Source: Trichoplax adhaerens
Taxonomy: Eukaryota > Animalia > Placozoa
NCBI RefSeq assembly: GCF_000150275.1
Contig: NW_002060943.1
Location: forward strand, 12,719,694-12,783,693
Length of the DNA: 64,000 bases
Reading direction: 5' to 3'
Position numbers and translations under genes: made by a program. Below, piece after piece: positions 1 through 15,000 of this stretch (the stretch's first letter is position 1; each line of letters starts with the position of its first letter). The notes under the pieces are model-generated. The model saw only the letters and a program-made list of their open reading frames with translations, did no database searches and was not told the DNA's origin.

Positions 1-52
1 GCTAATAAGCAATCAAAATATTACGACTTAACTTTAAACCAAATAAACTTAG

Positions 53-3000
53 AGATTTAGATGCCAATATAATCCGGTATATCAATACATCAGATTTTTC
101 AATTTTTCCTAAATTGAAAAAACTGTAAGTCAATTATCGTAAGTTACCAAGAAATTTAATTTAAATTACTATTGTTTTCATGCAATATATACGTCATACT
201 ATAGACGCTTATATTTGATTGCATGACATAAACCGTTAACTTTCGCTTTAAAGGCACTGACTTTTGCTCCTGATTAATATCGTGTAGTACTTCTTATATT
301 AAGATCTTAAAACTTTACTCGAATGATCGATAGTTACTCAGTAACTATAATAAAGAATTAAAGATGGATTCCTTAATGATCTATCTTATAAAAATATAGT
401 AGATGAACATAAACAGTAGCATCGAAAGAATTGATAATTTTTTAAATCTTGTTAAAACATGAAGCTGCCATCTTTTCTTCATTAATTTCGAAGGTTTTGT
501 ATAAAACACTACATAAAATTTTCGAATTGCTTTTTATAATACACTAAAATGTACTGTAAGGTTGTGCTGGTTTGCAGAATTAGCATGTAATACGATAATT
601 TTCCTTTTGATATACTGCATCCTATGCAGAAATTTTGTACGGTTGCAAAGTCAGTAACCGTCTAATTTTAAGGATGGGTATATAATGGCTTTTATAGCCT
701 AATAACCAATACACGTTAATATGATTACAATATCTAATTATACTGCAGGTAATTCTAATATGCTGCACAGTATTACTATAAAATTTGAACTACAAAATAC
801 AGATTACAGTTCGTGTAAGATGCAACATGCCTTAACATAATTCTTACTATCTAACGAAGAATTAGTTTCAGTCACAATTAAATAACCAGTTATTGTAAGT
901 AATTTTACTTCTTCGGCAAGCAATAAAATTCTGATATAATAACATTGCTATAAGTTTTCAACAATATCATTTTTTGATAACGATAGTCGTTTCTTCTAAA
1001 TTTACCTTTAAGACATTTTAAATATTGTTAGAGGGATTTTAACGGTAGCTGTAGGCATTTTAATTTTTACTATTTTAGAAATATTGTGAGTTGGCAAGCT
1101 CAATCCTTTATTATTTATGTGATTATAGATGATAAAATGCCAGGATATAGTTCAACCTTAGTAGGTTTTCCTTTGTTTCTCATTGACTAATTAAATATCT
1201 TGTCATAACTATGCCGTTATAGAAACTTAGGTTTTAATCCAATCGAAAAATTAGAATCTGCGCCGAATGTAAAATCTTTATATGAGTTTGAAACCTTGTA
1301 AGAGACTAAGATAAATAATGATATTATTATTAGCTAAAATTTAAAGTGAACCTTGATTTTTCGTGTTCTAATCTATCGTGCGGTACTATGGAAATCCGGA
1401 TAAGGAAGTAATGTTGCACCTGCCCTTTATTGAGATTGATCAATTTGCTAAATTGCGTATAAAAGTAGTATAATCTGATAAAATAGACTTGCACATGCTT
1501 AGTTTGTGAGGAGCTAGCAAAGTATGGCATCACTAAATCAATCCTGGCAATTTTTACTAGTGTTGTTCACGTTTATATCTATAGAATGAAAGAGAAATTA
1601 TAATAGAATCGATCGATTATTAGTGTTTCGCTGATGTTTTTTGCCATGTATTTGGATTGTACTGTAACTGTAATCTACTCTTAAACATAGACATTTTGTA
1701 TTGCTATTAAATACAGACACATTTACAGTCTGTTCGCTCTACATTCAAATATGGCTTACTACATTTAGTTATTACAGTCCTCGCTATTTTCTACAATCAA
1801 CTGCTATTCTATAACCTGTTATGGTATATGTTGTATCTAATCCTACAATCATGTTCTCTGCATGTGTTCTAATGCCATAGCTATAAATACCGCCGTTTTC
1901 TACCTTAGATTTGTTAAGTGGCATTATTAGTCACAGTTAGTATTCACACTTTACTCATGGCAGCTACCACGCTGATCTACCGCCATTATCACATTGTACC
2001 TAAGTACTATCTACAATAAAGTATCCTCTTTTCTTAACCTCCTTGATCAATTCTCTGCATGGCAACTAAAATTATTATCTGACTCTTCGAATCCTCTATC
2101 ACATTTTTAATAGACTACTGAAAGAAAATCCTAATAGCAACTTAAATGGAGGGGCACTGAATATTTTTAATCGAGCGGTTCGCGTGTAAGACATTCTATA
2201 TGCTCAATTATAGGTGGTATCTAGAAATTAAAAATAGAATATATTACTGATTCACTACCATTTTATTAATCATTTATGGCAATAGAGAATCATCAGTATT
2301 GGATTTTAATAACAGTAAATGGACTACAATAGCAAAATATGCAAATTTACGCACCTTGTAAGTGTAGAGTTTGCCTTTTATCTGTAATGAATTTATTTCT
2401 AGTTGTAAGAGATTTGCTTTGATGTTAAATTTCGCAGTTAATTAGCCATTTTTGGAACTAATATTTTCCTTTAAATTGTCTAGGATCATGTTTGGGTGTC
2501 GCATTCCACGAAGTTATACGTTCTCTTATCATTTAAAGTTACAATACCTGTAAAAGAATAGAAATGATACTCTAAAACTTTATAGATAATTGAACTTAGA
2601 ATTAAAGCGTTATCATTAAACTAGAATTGCATAATAACCGCGTTTAATTTTTGCTTGTTCAGGAATTTGAATAACCTGCAACGTAGTATAGATTCGTTAC
2701 ATAGAGACCTATTTTATGGATTATATAGTTTAAAACATTTGTAAGTTTAGCAGTAACAGAAAAAGTTTTTTCAGATAATTGTATTTAGGGACATTAATCT
2801 TATTGATCTATTATATTAAAAAGGTATCAACATTTCGCTAATTGATTTTATGTTCTGATAGAACTGCAACTGATAATAGATTTCTCGCAGTCAGAAATGA
2901 TAGCTTTCCTCTATTACTATCGCTAAAGTACCTGTAAGTTAAAATTTGAGAGCTAAAGATTAATATTCTGCTATTAATGTGCCGCAGTTTTTTTAGATTA

Positions 3001-6000
3001 TAATCTTGGTATTAGATGTGATGATTACGTGCGAAATTCACTAATAACAAACATCGATCACAAAGTTTTGATTGAAAATTTTCTAGGTATTTAGATTTCA
3101 ACCTCATTAGTTCAATCCAGGACAACAGTTTTAGCTCATTGCCCTTTTTAATTAATTTGTAAGTTTTGATCCATAAATTTTAACTGGTAATGTAACAATT
3201 CGAGAAAAATTTAATTGGTATTAAGGTAAACTTTGGTCTAATCTAACTCCGCTAATAATGATTTACTAAATTTACGGATAGTATGTGAATAAGCTCACAA
3301 GTGAAAGATTATTCTACCCATGAATCAAAGAATAACACGCTTATCGTAAAAATGCCCAGTATTTTGATATTTTATTCTAAATCTGAAAAATTATTTCCAG
3401 ATCAATATCATTCAATAAGTTATACACTATCACCAAAAAGGCATTTCTATTTTTATCAAATTTAAATTCTTTGTAAGTCTACACATGTATTAAAACTTTT
3501 AATTTACACCATAATAAGTGATTAGAGTTAATACGCCCAAAATTATTCTATATGATGCAATTTCAATTATAGAAATTTAACTGGAAATTTGATCACGAGC
3601 ATTGAAGAATTTGCATTTCAAGATCTAGTTCAATTACGAATTCTGTAAATTTCTTTTGAAGATAATGACTGCTTTAATTAAGTATAGGAGTGACGTACAG
3701 TTTCAAAATAATCTATTTTTCATTCGAAGTAATGATATTGCCTTAATGACTTCAATAATGCACTACTACTAGTCTCTTAAACAGCAATAAATTAAAAGCG
3801 CTTGGAACAAACACATTTAAGGGCCTAAAGAATTTACATGAACTGTAAGCACATTCTTCATTACAGCTTTCTTTCTGCGTACATGTATGTTAGCTTTATA
3901 AAGAAGTTATGAAGTTTAATTACACTGTCGCATAATTTCTTATAGTTTCCTTCATTTAAATTAAAGTTCTTAATAAAGTGTAATCGCGGCTAGTCTTTAT
4001 GTTAATAGATCTCATCGTAATAACCCAAGAATATTTCTAATATTTCATGCAAATTACTCCACCAGTATAGATATCACGGTGGTTGCTATATTTTTAAGTT
4101 ATATAGTCTCAAATTGAATATTTTACAAATTTTATTTTGTTTGAATTGAGGAGGACTTCCTATTAGCCAGTTTAGACTTCAGGAAAATTTTCTGCCTGGT
4201 TTTATGACGCTTTTACAATTAACGTATTTCAAAAATATTTGTCTTAGTCATTTGAGAGCAAATCAACTAGAACATGTGAATTTGATGAGCTTCAAGGCCA
4301 TACCAAGTTTATATAAATTGTAAGTATATCATTTACATAAGTCAAATGCATAAATACAGCAGCTAACAGTAATGAGAAACAAAGAGTATAAAGGTTGTTT
4401 GCTAACTGAAGAGGAAACTATCAGCGCTGACAATGTTTTGTTAATTGAAGATTTTCGCCAATTACACTAGACTCAACGTTTAAATTTATTCTTACGGCCG
4501 TAATTTATGTCCATTAATGTAATGTAGGAAATGCTTCTTATAGTAGTAGGGTTAAATAAAGATACGAGTTTTTCACAAGAATCTGTCCTCTTACCTATCG
4601 CAGTTTTAGTAATCTTATTCTATACTGCACTCACACTTGTTTAAGTATGCATAGAACAAGCGAAGATTACCAGTAACAAGATCAAAAACAGATTTCCAAA
4701 ATCTCTAACATACTTGCAGACTAGTTAATTTGTTTACCCTGACCTAAAAATGGGTAGATTTATCATTCTTCTGATATTACCAACTGTAGTGCTGCACTCA
4801 TATTCGATTGTGTTAATAACTATATTTGATATAGTTAGGTTACTCTGAATAGATATTATCATGAAGCTGTAATGTAACTTAGTATTGTAATTGTACAGTA
4901 GACTGTTAGCTATGTTTCGTATAATGTACGGTAGATATTTATCCTAAGAGATATTTGATAGCTATAACTATAGACTGTAGTGGTAGAGACTCTATACTAG
5001 AGTACAGATGACTATATACGGTAAGTTGTTGAGTTACTAATAAGGCTATAGGTAAAAATAGAACTGTAAATCATATATTAGGATATGGTTAATTCATTGT
5101 ACTTTGGCTGGTGTGAATAATGTCTACGTAAGTACTGTAGTCGTATCCATATCGGATTAATGATGGTCCGCAGTAGAATAGTCTTACTAAGAATAATTTA
5201 ACTATGTGTAAAATAAGGTAAAAGGTTGCCATGCGGATTGTAGCTGCAAATGCTACGAAAAGTATAAAAGCATGCAGCCTTAGATTATTCAGTTAGTTCG
5301 TTGTAGAAGTCTTTAGAAGTAGTATTGGGCTAGAGTAAAGCTGTGTGTAGTTAATCTTTGTATAAGATTCAATAAAGCCCTTATTTTTCTAAAATTTGGA
5401 ATTTCGTGACTGGTATATATCACAGAAGTTATATTAGATGATTGCTAACTACTATATAGAAATTGTTGATGACTAATATTAGCCAGTTGACTAATTATGG
5501 TACAAGATTATGTAGCTAGAAACACTGTAGTTGATTTGGATTGTAGAAGATAATGATGCACTATTTGAGAAAAGTACTTTGTTAGATAGCCCATGTCTGA
5601 TTGTAGATTAATCAAGTTATCATAAATAGATTTAATGAAATATATTTAAGAACTGCAGAGATTAGTTCAAGGGAAAAGAAATCTCACTTCGCTTTGAGCT
5701 CGGGATACTTTAGATTTTAGACTGGATTCTTGTAGCAATTAATTATTGCTCTACTATTCCTAAAACCTTGTAATAAAAGCCCATTAGAACATATCATTTG
5801 ACTAAGATAGTTATTGTGAGACATTTTTATTACATTTACACCAACCTTCAATTTATTTAGTTATATTACTAGTCATAGCCTGGTCCAGGGTCTCAAGAAG
5901 TTTCCTTTCTATTTCATAATCGACTTACGAAACAATTTAATTTATTAGGCACTATTTATAGCTCTATATTACATGCTGTGATACTTAATATATCATAGTT

Positions 6001-9000
6001 CAAGCAACTAACTATTTACCTCCCCCTCAACGCAGTGCTTCGATTAAGATAGTGAAGCAAATAAATGGGTAGAGACATAGCCATCGAAAATAGTCGAATG
6101 CTCAGACGAACTGATAAGATTGAAACCTTGCGATAACAATCTGTCCTTTATTGATTAACTTAGACTTTAATATACATCCTGCTTACTTATTTTGTAACAG
6201 TGCAATGTTTAAAGTAATTGCTTAAAAATTAACGACTGATACTTAATTATAAATTTGTTTAAGGATTTCTTATATGTAAACATACGAGTAAACATCGAAT
6301 TAGGATAGTAAAAAAAATTTTTGCATTTGCTATGAATCATAAATGATAGACGGAAAGTTTATTCCTAACTAAGTGCATTTAACTTTTACCGTTGAAAATT
6401 TTTTTAAGAAACCTAATATCGAACCAAATAAATAAATTTATTGTCAATGATGAAAATCAGCAATCTGCGGCGCTGCAGGCAGAGATAATGTAAGTTATTT
6501 CTTAAATAAAAATCATCAATATCACAATTATGACTGAGCTTAAGCTTTCGAAATATCGATAGTTTAATGTCAACTATGCCCACATTTACATATCATATAT
6601 TTCGGCTCTATAGTGAACTTGACGACAACAAATTTAACCCGGTATATTGGAAACAATTTCAATGTGACCGTTTACGAGAGATGTAAGTAAAAAGTTGAGT
6701 AGATTCATACTTCTCCAGTGTACGACAAGGTACTATACTTTCGTTGTATGAATAGAAGTAAAAACTCATAAAACTAATCTTCCAACAAGCCGCTTATTAT
6801 ACTTGTAAGGAAGTTGTTAGTCTTACTTACAGTATCTCTCCGTAGTTAGTTGGAGTGACTAAGTAGCTAGTAAGTTAGTTGATCACTCACATCAGAATAG
6901 AGTAGACAGTGGGATTACTGCTGTGAGTGATAATAGTAAATATTGAAAATATGATACTAGGTTCTAAGAGAAGATTTGTTGATTTTGCTTTTTCGTTATG
7001 TGATCACAGAGATGGTTTTTAATATATGTTTATCGCAGATTAGCGGATTTGCTTAATTAAGCAATAGCTTGATGTCACAAAACAGCTTTGCAACAAGATA
7101 ACGTAATATACGGTCAATAAGTCAATTCCTTGAACCACGTATCAAGGAACGATATCTGCACTATTACAAACACTTTTGCTCTACTAGCAGACTACACAAA
7201 GACTTAGACGCCTCGTATTTTACGTTAAACACTAAGTTTGAGAATTCACTTTATTACACGATATACTGCATTTATATACTATTCCTCAATAGTTCATGAG
7301 TCATAGTTAATACAATTAACATTGGAATCATTTACTGAATTAGATATTAATTTTAGCTACTGCTCCCTTAACGCAGACAACAGCATTTACGAACATAGAC
7401 ATGTAATGACTAATGCAGAATAGTCAGATTACGATATGTCCTATCATGGAACATTTCCATGATAATTTACAATCTACCATAAGTAAATTACAATTACAAT
7501 GATTCGAACTGTAAGTAGATGATTTACATTCCCTATTATAACTATTAATTTCAGTATGTGTATAAGTGTCACTGTCATAAAAAGTCAGTGTTATATTAAA
7601 ACACAGTATATCCAAATTAGAAGTTAACTAAATAAGGATAGTCTAACAGGATTATCCTAACATAGATATGTCTACTATAATGCAGTATTTGACACTGTAA
7701 CACTTGATCAGAATTTTGAATGAATGGTATCGCTTGCCTGCCTATAATATATTAAAATTATCTGTTTCATTTATTTGGCGTATTTGTTACGAAGCTAAGG
7801 TGCTAGCACTATAATCCTATCGGATATCAGCACAGTTTAAGGCATATATCGTTTCCTTTTCTAACGATGTTTAAATGGCATCGAAATTCTTTTTTCGATT
7901 TTACATTTATTACAATATTGTCTTAAGGGTAAACTCTTGACAGAATTTCGTTTATAATTTAATATAATGGTTAATGTATAACCTGCATAAATTGTTATTA
8001 AATATTTAAGAGTAAATCATAGCAATTAAACTTTACAATAAATAACATTTTAGTAAATGCTACAAATGTAAAATACGGGACTTACATTCTGGTTACTTCG
8101 CGAATATGACCAATCTTCAGACAGTGTAAGTTTACTAAGTTTTATACGCAATGATTGATGATTTTTATTCAGTCTATGTTACTTTTAAGGGCTATCAAAA
8201 ATCTAGCTAATACGCATTTCATTACAGGTAATTTGGATTAGTCTATTTTAAATACTAAAATAATTTCTTCCAAATACAAAAAGAGATTTGGCAGGAAACA
8301 TATTAACTAGTTTACCAGCCAATTTATTTCAAAATACGCCCTATCTGCAAAGCATGTAAGTACTATAAAATATCCGATCTATTCACTTAATCATTAATAT
8401 GGTCAGTTTATAGCGCTATCGCACATAGTAAAAGTGCAATTAGTATTATTTGTCGATTTATTGATCAGCTTAATTAAATTTCGCTAGCGATTTCTCTTTA
8501 AATGGATTACGAAGTTTTGACTTTGTAATGACTGAGCACCTGGAGAATCTGCAGGCTCTGTATGTATTATAGAAATATAAATTTTAGTCTATGCTATCAA
8601 TTTCATTATGTTTTTATTATCTGGATGTCACAAACCAGCTTCGTGACAAAGATAACGTAATACAAATCTCTAAATTAATATAGTCTGCGGGATTCAATAT
8701 CCCTTAGTTACCTCACAAGAATTTAGACGCCTTTGATCCTACGTTAAACTCACCTAGACAATTGAGAAATACTTTATTCAACTATCAGACGGGCTTATAT
8801 ACCGTTCTACAGCAGCTAACATTCATGAGTCATCTTATAAAAATACTTAGGTGAGAACGTCTACTAACTAATTTTTCACTGTAGGACTAAAATATGTCCA
8901 ATCACAGAATCATTTCAGTGCACATTACAGCACAGCATTAAATTTACTGTAACAAATTTATAATTAGAGTAATTCCTATTGTAAGTAACTAGTTGTAATA

Positions 9001-12000
9001 TATTATCACCATATTATATTAACCAAATTTAGATAGCTATTTCTTCACGGTAGTTCGTACCGTGACACTGGATTATATAATATACGCTATTTACAGCTTA
9101 TTTCAAAAGCATTCAGTATGGCAGGATTAGCTGTACATTTAATGATATGTAAAAGGTCTTACTATCAAATGATAGATCATAGTCATCCCCATTATTATAA
9201 AGGAAAATTTTATAACTCAACAGTTCAACAAATTCATTCAATTTAAAAGAATCTGATTCTAGCAATATAAATTATGCACATGAGTTCAGAGGAATCATGA
9301 GTCCAGTAGCTTCTAAATAATTTAACCCAATCTATCTACGGCAGCAAATTTGCCTGCTATCAGGCTAAAACTATTAAAAATGAACTTTTCCTCGAATTTA
9401 AAATCGACGAATTCTACCGCAAGAATATATTCTCTTCAGATATGATTTATCTTCTAGTAATATCTAATCCTGCAAGATATTGGACATCTTCATAATTACA
9501 GTACATTAATTGATCTAAAAGGTGCTATAGTATAACTAGATAAGCGTCAATTATATATGATCACAACCAAGTAGACGTAATAATAAAGACTTAGTTAAGA
9601 CCTATCTGATTGATTTCTAACAGAAACCTCTTAGGCCTTTTTTTCGCCGTTTTGAACTATTATTAATCAACTAAGATGAGTTTTAGCAATCAATATTGTT
9701 ACTAACATAAATAATGCATTACGTGCAGTATCTAAAGCTATTATTTCTCTGATTTAATTATTTGGAGATATCAATGTAATCAAATGTAGGCTGCATTACT
9801 CTTGTACTTTCATTAATTTACCTCAAAACAGAATAACGAAATGAAAAATTCTTCTTCTAAATCACAGTAGCCGTTTAGCAACTCTGCATATACAGGCAAA
9901 TTTTTTCTTCATCTTATGTTCTAATCGAAAAATTAATATTAAAGATCGATATTTTTGGGGTCACTAATACCAGTGTATATCATATTGCAGATTATACTGT
10001 CGTTCTTTTATTCCGTAAGACTAGATGCATCTTTAAAGTATTCGAAAGCAAGCTGTAGAAATATATAAAATTCAGGCTACGATGCTTTGATAGACTTGCC
10101 AGCTGTCACTCCCTTCAATAAGCAAGCTAAGACTGAGAATCGATTAAACTGTGAACCGACTAATTTTTGAACCATAAATAAATTTGAATCTAATGTAGAT
10201 GAATCGTGTAATTGTAATTATCAGAAAAAGATGCTAATGGGCGTAGTCCTTAGTCAAAGAACTAATTTGTAAATTATATTATAATTCTGTAAGAAATTGA
10301 AGTCTTGCTTTATTTTAAGACCCTGACAGCAACATTTTACTAAAAATGAAGCTGATATTATTGTGAATGTTTTATTGCTCTACTTTATATACGCTCGTAA
10401 ATACGGAGAAATGCAAAGACTATTGCGATAATTGCAAAGTTCATTACCTACCGTTAGTAAAGCAAGCACTGGCTTGCTTTCTGATTTTACAGGAGTAAAA
10501 TTATATATTTATACAGTAATGTAATGCAACAGCACATTTTATTGATTCGAATAAGATATCTTGGAATTATAATTATAGATTTGTATGGATATCATTTTTC
10601 ATTTATCACGTTTAATTTTAAATTTTTAAACGTGAATCTGGTTCACGGTAACGCTTTAAAATTATTGTCAATCTTATAATTACATAGATATCTACCATTT
10701 AATGCCTTGACTCATCTGCAAATGAAAACTGCGAAGAATACCCAGACAATTAAAAATTTGTAAGTTAGCTGCAATAGTTTATGTATAGGTCAGCAATTAA
10801 AGTTGTTCTATAAGTTATATGCTGCTGTATTTCACGATTGCTTTTTGTCTGCTAGCAAATGAGTTTTGAAATACGATGCTAATAAACAAATAGTGAATTT
10901 TTAGTACGTGCAAAAAATTAGAAATTCATTACATCTTTGCGCAAAATATGCAGTACTACGCGCAGCCCTGCTCTTATCCGATTGTTACTTAACTAAACTT
11001 GCCTAATCTAAACTAATTTAGATTACCCTAGATAAGTAACAATGACTGAGAAATACACTTTCAGAATCTTCTAACTATATCTTTATTCTAGAAAATGCAA
11101 GTCTAATTTAATATTCAAAATCAATCATTTAAATAGCTTTTCGAGGCATTAAACCGGTTTACGATGTGTGATATATTTCGACCAGTAAGACTTCGAGAAT
11201 ACATTAAATTATTCCTAGTCTAATCTAGTGAATTTGTAATATTACTATAGATTAACTTTATGTTTGCCCTAGCTTATAATTAACGGGATTTATATTGAAT
11301 TTGCCATTAGCAATTCATTTACCATATTTAGTATAATTTAACCTGTATTAGGAACAGGTTTATATCGGCTATATTAAGTCATCAAATAATTCATGCACAT
11401 ATCCAAATTAATAACTATCTAAACGTGATACATAAACATGTCTAAATTAAGTAAGTTATCATTCATCACGGTAGATTCACTACCGTGACACCGATACACT
11501 CACTTGAAGATCTGAAAATGAATTACCAATCATCTGAACTTGTATGCGTATAGATTTTCCGTAGAATCTGCGGTCACAATCAATTATACATTAAAATCTG
11601 TTCTTATACTACGAATACAATTTTCGCGTTGACTCTTCGCAGGAACTTAAATCCCCTTAAATTTTACCCTAACAACTAAAAAATTGATTTGGTTCATTAT
11701 CTATCGCGCTTTTATATTCTTCGGCAGCAGGCAACATTGATGAGTTATCGTAATATTCTAATAGTTAATTTATACTTTATAACTAAATGAAGATAGAAAT
11801 ATTTATAGTTGTGATATATACCGATCACGAAATTCCAAATTTTAGAAAAATAAGGGCTTTATTGAATCTTATACAAAGATTAACTACACACAGCTTTACT
11901 CTAGCCCATTACTACTTCTAAAGACTTCTACAACGAAGTAACTGAATAATCTAAGGCTGCATGCTTTTATACTTTTCGTAGCATTTGCAGCTACTATCCG

Positions 12001-15000
12001 AAGGGCAACCTTTTACCTTACTTTATACATAGTAAAATTATTCTTGGTAACACTATTCTACTGCGGACCATCATTAATCCGATATGGATACGACTACAGT
12101 ATTTACGTAGACATTATTCACACTAGCCAAAGTACAATGAATTAACCATATCCTAATATATGATTTACAGTTCTGTTTTTACCTATAGCCTTATTAGTAA
12201 CTTAATAACACCTTACTGTATATAGTCATCTGTACTCTAGCATAGAGTCTATACTACTACAGTCTATAGTTATAGCTACTAAATATCTCTTAGGATAAAT
12301 ATCTACCGTACATTATACTAAACATAGCTAACAGTCTACAATCACAATACCAAGTTACATTGCAATAGTCAAGGACATCTACCGACTAATTCTAGATAAC
12401 TGGAAATGAGTATGTGTATTCACAGAATCATTTGCAGTATGACGTATTAATTATCGGTCGTCAGGAGGATTTCTATTACAAGAATTAGAAATATAATCAA
12501 TTAAGGCCCATTGCTATATAAAATTCTTGTTACAGTACAATTTATAATTTATTACAACAATTAATTGCAAATAACGTTTGAAATGTTGAATTCACTAAAT
12601 TTGTGATATAATTCTTTACGGTACCAGCAGTTGATACTGTGACAATACCGCCAATTACATCCTAAATCCAAATGAGTTCGAGTTTAAAATCCAGTGTGTT
12701 CTGCCATGATAGCATCTTTCTAAACTTTAACTTATAAGCGGATTGCGATTTGTTCTAGTTATACTCAAATTTTAAATTTCTAATGCAGCAAAGCTTAATA
12801 AAATTTTGGAAATCAACTGCGTATAATCTTATTTAAAATGAATGCATTAACTTTGACAGGCATTTGCATAACAATTACATCTCCAAAATCGATGATGGAT
12901 TCTTCACTGCCTTTCGGTCCGTCATTGAAGTGTAAGTAAAAATTATTCTATAGCAAACAAGCTCAATAAATGTGAGAAGAATATATTCAGACTCATCTGT
13001 GCTTGGCTACTATGCATACTTGAGTACCTGCAAAAACAAAGAAATCTGTTTTAAAACAAAGACAACACTTTCGTTAATACTTATATCTCCAGGAAACTAC
13101 AATTCAATCGTTTGCAATTTCTTCCTTCTCATGTCTGCACAGGAACGCAAATAAAATTTTTGTAAGTAACTATATTTCGGTATTCATTAATAATCATTAA
13201 TAAATCAGTAAAATCTGAAAACTTATTCATTGTATATAAAATCAGTAATGCAAGCCATAATCTTATCCAATCTATCAATCGCAAACAATTCAGAGAATGC
13301 AAAATATTGCAGGAATTGTAAGTATTTCGATGAAGCAGTGATCTGTACTACATACCTGATTCGCAATTATGCAGATGTAACGATCATATGTAGGAATTTT
13401 ATTTATATGCAATAAGAAGTGAAGCTCCTCATAATGCAAACGAGCTTATTACTCATATTCTTATTACTGTTATGTTTTAGTTTAATGCATGTAGTGAATA
13501 TTGATTTATTGCTTTTAGTTTTAAAGCAAAGTACAATATGGTTCTCCTTAATATTGTACACAAATAATAAAACGCCACTAAAAAAACGAAGCGTTGGCTT
13601 GCAATATATTTAAATCAGATTTTCCTACAATATTGTCATAATAGCTTAATATCAGTAAAAGAAATCATTTATAATTAGTAACAGCTAGTTAGGGTGATGA
13701 TAGGTTATGGAAAATACAATAGCATTATCAGATATATGACACTAAAATAATTCTTCTAGAGCTGTAAGCAACGTGATTGAGGTGACGTGATTTAATTAAA
13801 ACTTTCGTTCAGTCTTACTTTCGATAGCATAAATATTGAAATTTATTAACTAGATACTCGTATATCGCCATAAGCGTATACCCTAGGTCGAAATAAATAG
13901 ATAGCGTCCGAAAATTTAAGTAGCTTTAATAATTAAGTTGGCAAAATCTTGCCTTGTCATTTAGGTCAAAAATTACCTGTTGTGTTAAGAACAAAATATA
14001 GATCACAGTAAAATAAATCAATTTTTGATGTCTGCATATAATTTACACAATATTAGAGATTTGAGTGCCAATAGGATATCAGAGCTGCCAACGAATGTGT
14101 TTATGGACCTGATTGCCTTAGAAAGGATGTAAGTCCATCTGTATTTTTAGACAAATATTTCAGGTCTTTCTTTTTATTATACAGCAAACTATCATTTTGC
14201 ATTATAAATAATTCGACATAAGAAACATTATTATAAATATGCGTTATCGCCTTTTAGTAAAGCTTTTGAGAACTGATAGCAAATTGATAGCACCTTTTGC
14301 CTGCTTAGAATCACTGATTTGATCCAAAATAGCTGAACAAGCTAACTTAGACAGTCATCATTTAGTTATTATGATTATAAGAACACAGCATTACTATACT
14401 AAGGATCAGTTCGAAGCCGGTTGGCAGCATGTGGTAATAAATGCTTGCGATTTTTAACTTGCGTTGTATTAACATCTTTCTATTTTTAACTGACAAAAGC
14501 TAATTTACTTTCTTTAATATACTCATAATATTGCATAATAAAGTAATGTAGCCTTTAATTTTTGGTTGTAATCAGTAGCGCATGCATTAAAATAAAATGT
14601 GATTGGATGACCGATGGTAAATCCAACCTATATGTTGTAAAGGACTTGCATTGCTATAACGCATTGGTTGGCATAGAAATTTATTCTGTAACAAAGAAAA
14701 ATGAAAATAATAATTTACTATTAAATTAATCACTGATTAGCAATACAGCAGAACTTTTAGTTATTACGTATCTAATAAAAACTGTACATTGACTAAACAG
14801 TCTCGCCAATCAAGCTATGTCCCAAAGGGACGTTAAACTTCACCTAAATTTGTCAAATATTAATCTTGCCACAGCACTAGCAATGGCTTTGATTTAATGT
14901 CTGCTAACTAACCTAAAGTCTAATTCCGTTTTACAATCAAATAGAAATCTGAATAATAATCAACTAGAAAATCTTGGCGCTCATCTTTTCCCTCCCAATT

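Noticed and set aside
11092-11167. LRR-exon look-alike (KCKSNLIFKINH...AFRGIKPVYDV) between AG and GT
   Set aside because: 76 bp, frameshifting, and it lies inside the TSD-bounded LTR 10983-11490; most likely chance resemblance.
12972-13613. Short ORFs 12972-13154, 13230-13415 and 13419-13613
   Set aside because: The first two overlap real LRR exons in a different frame and the third is intronic AT-rich sequence; not independent genes.
13690-13763. Possible additional LRR exon ending CTAGAGCT|GTAAG
   Set aside because: In-frame TAG and poor LRR consensus; at best a dead exon, so not counted.
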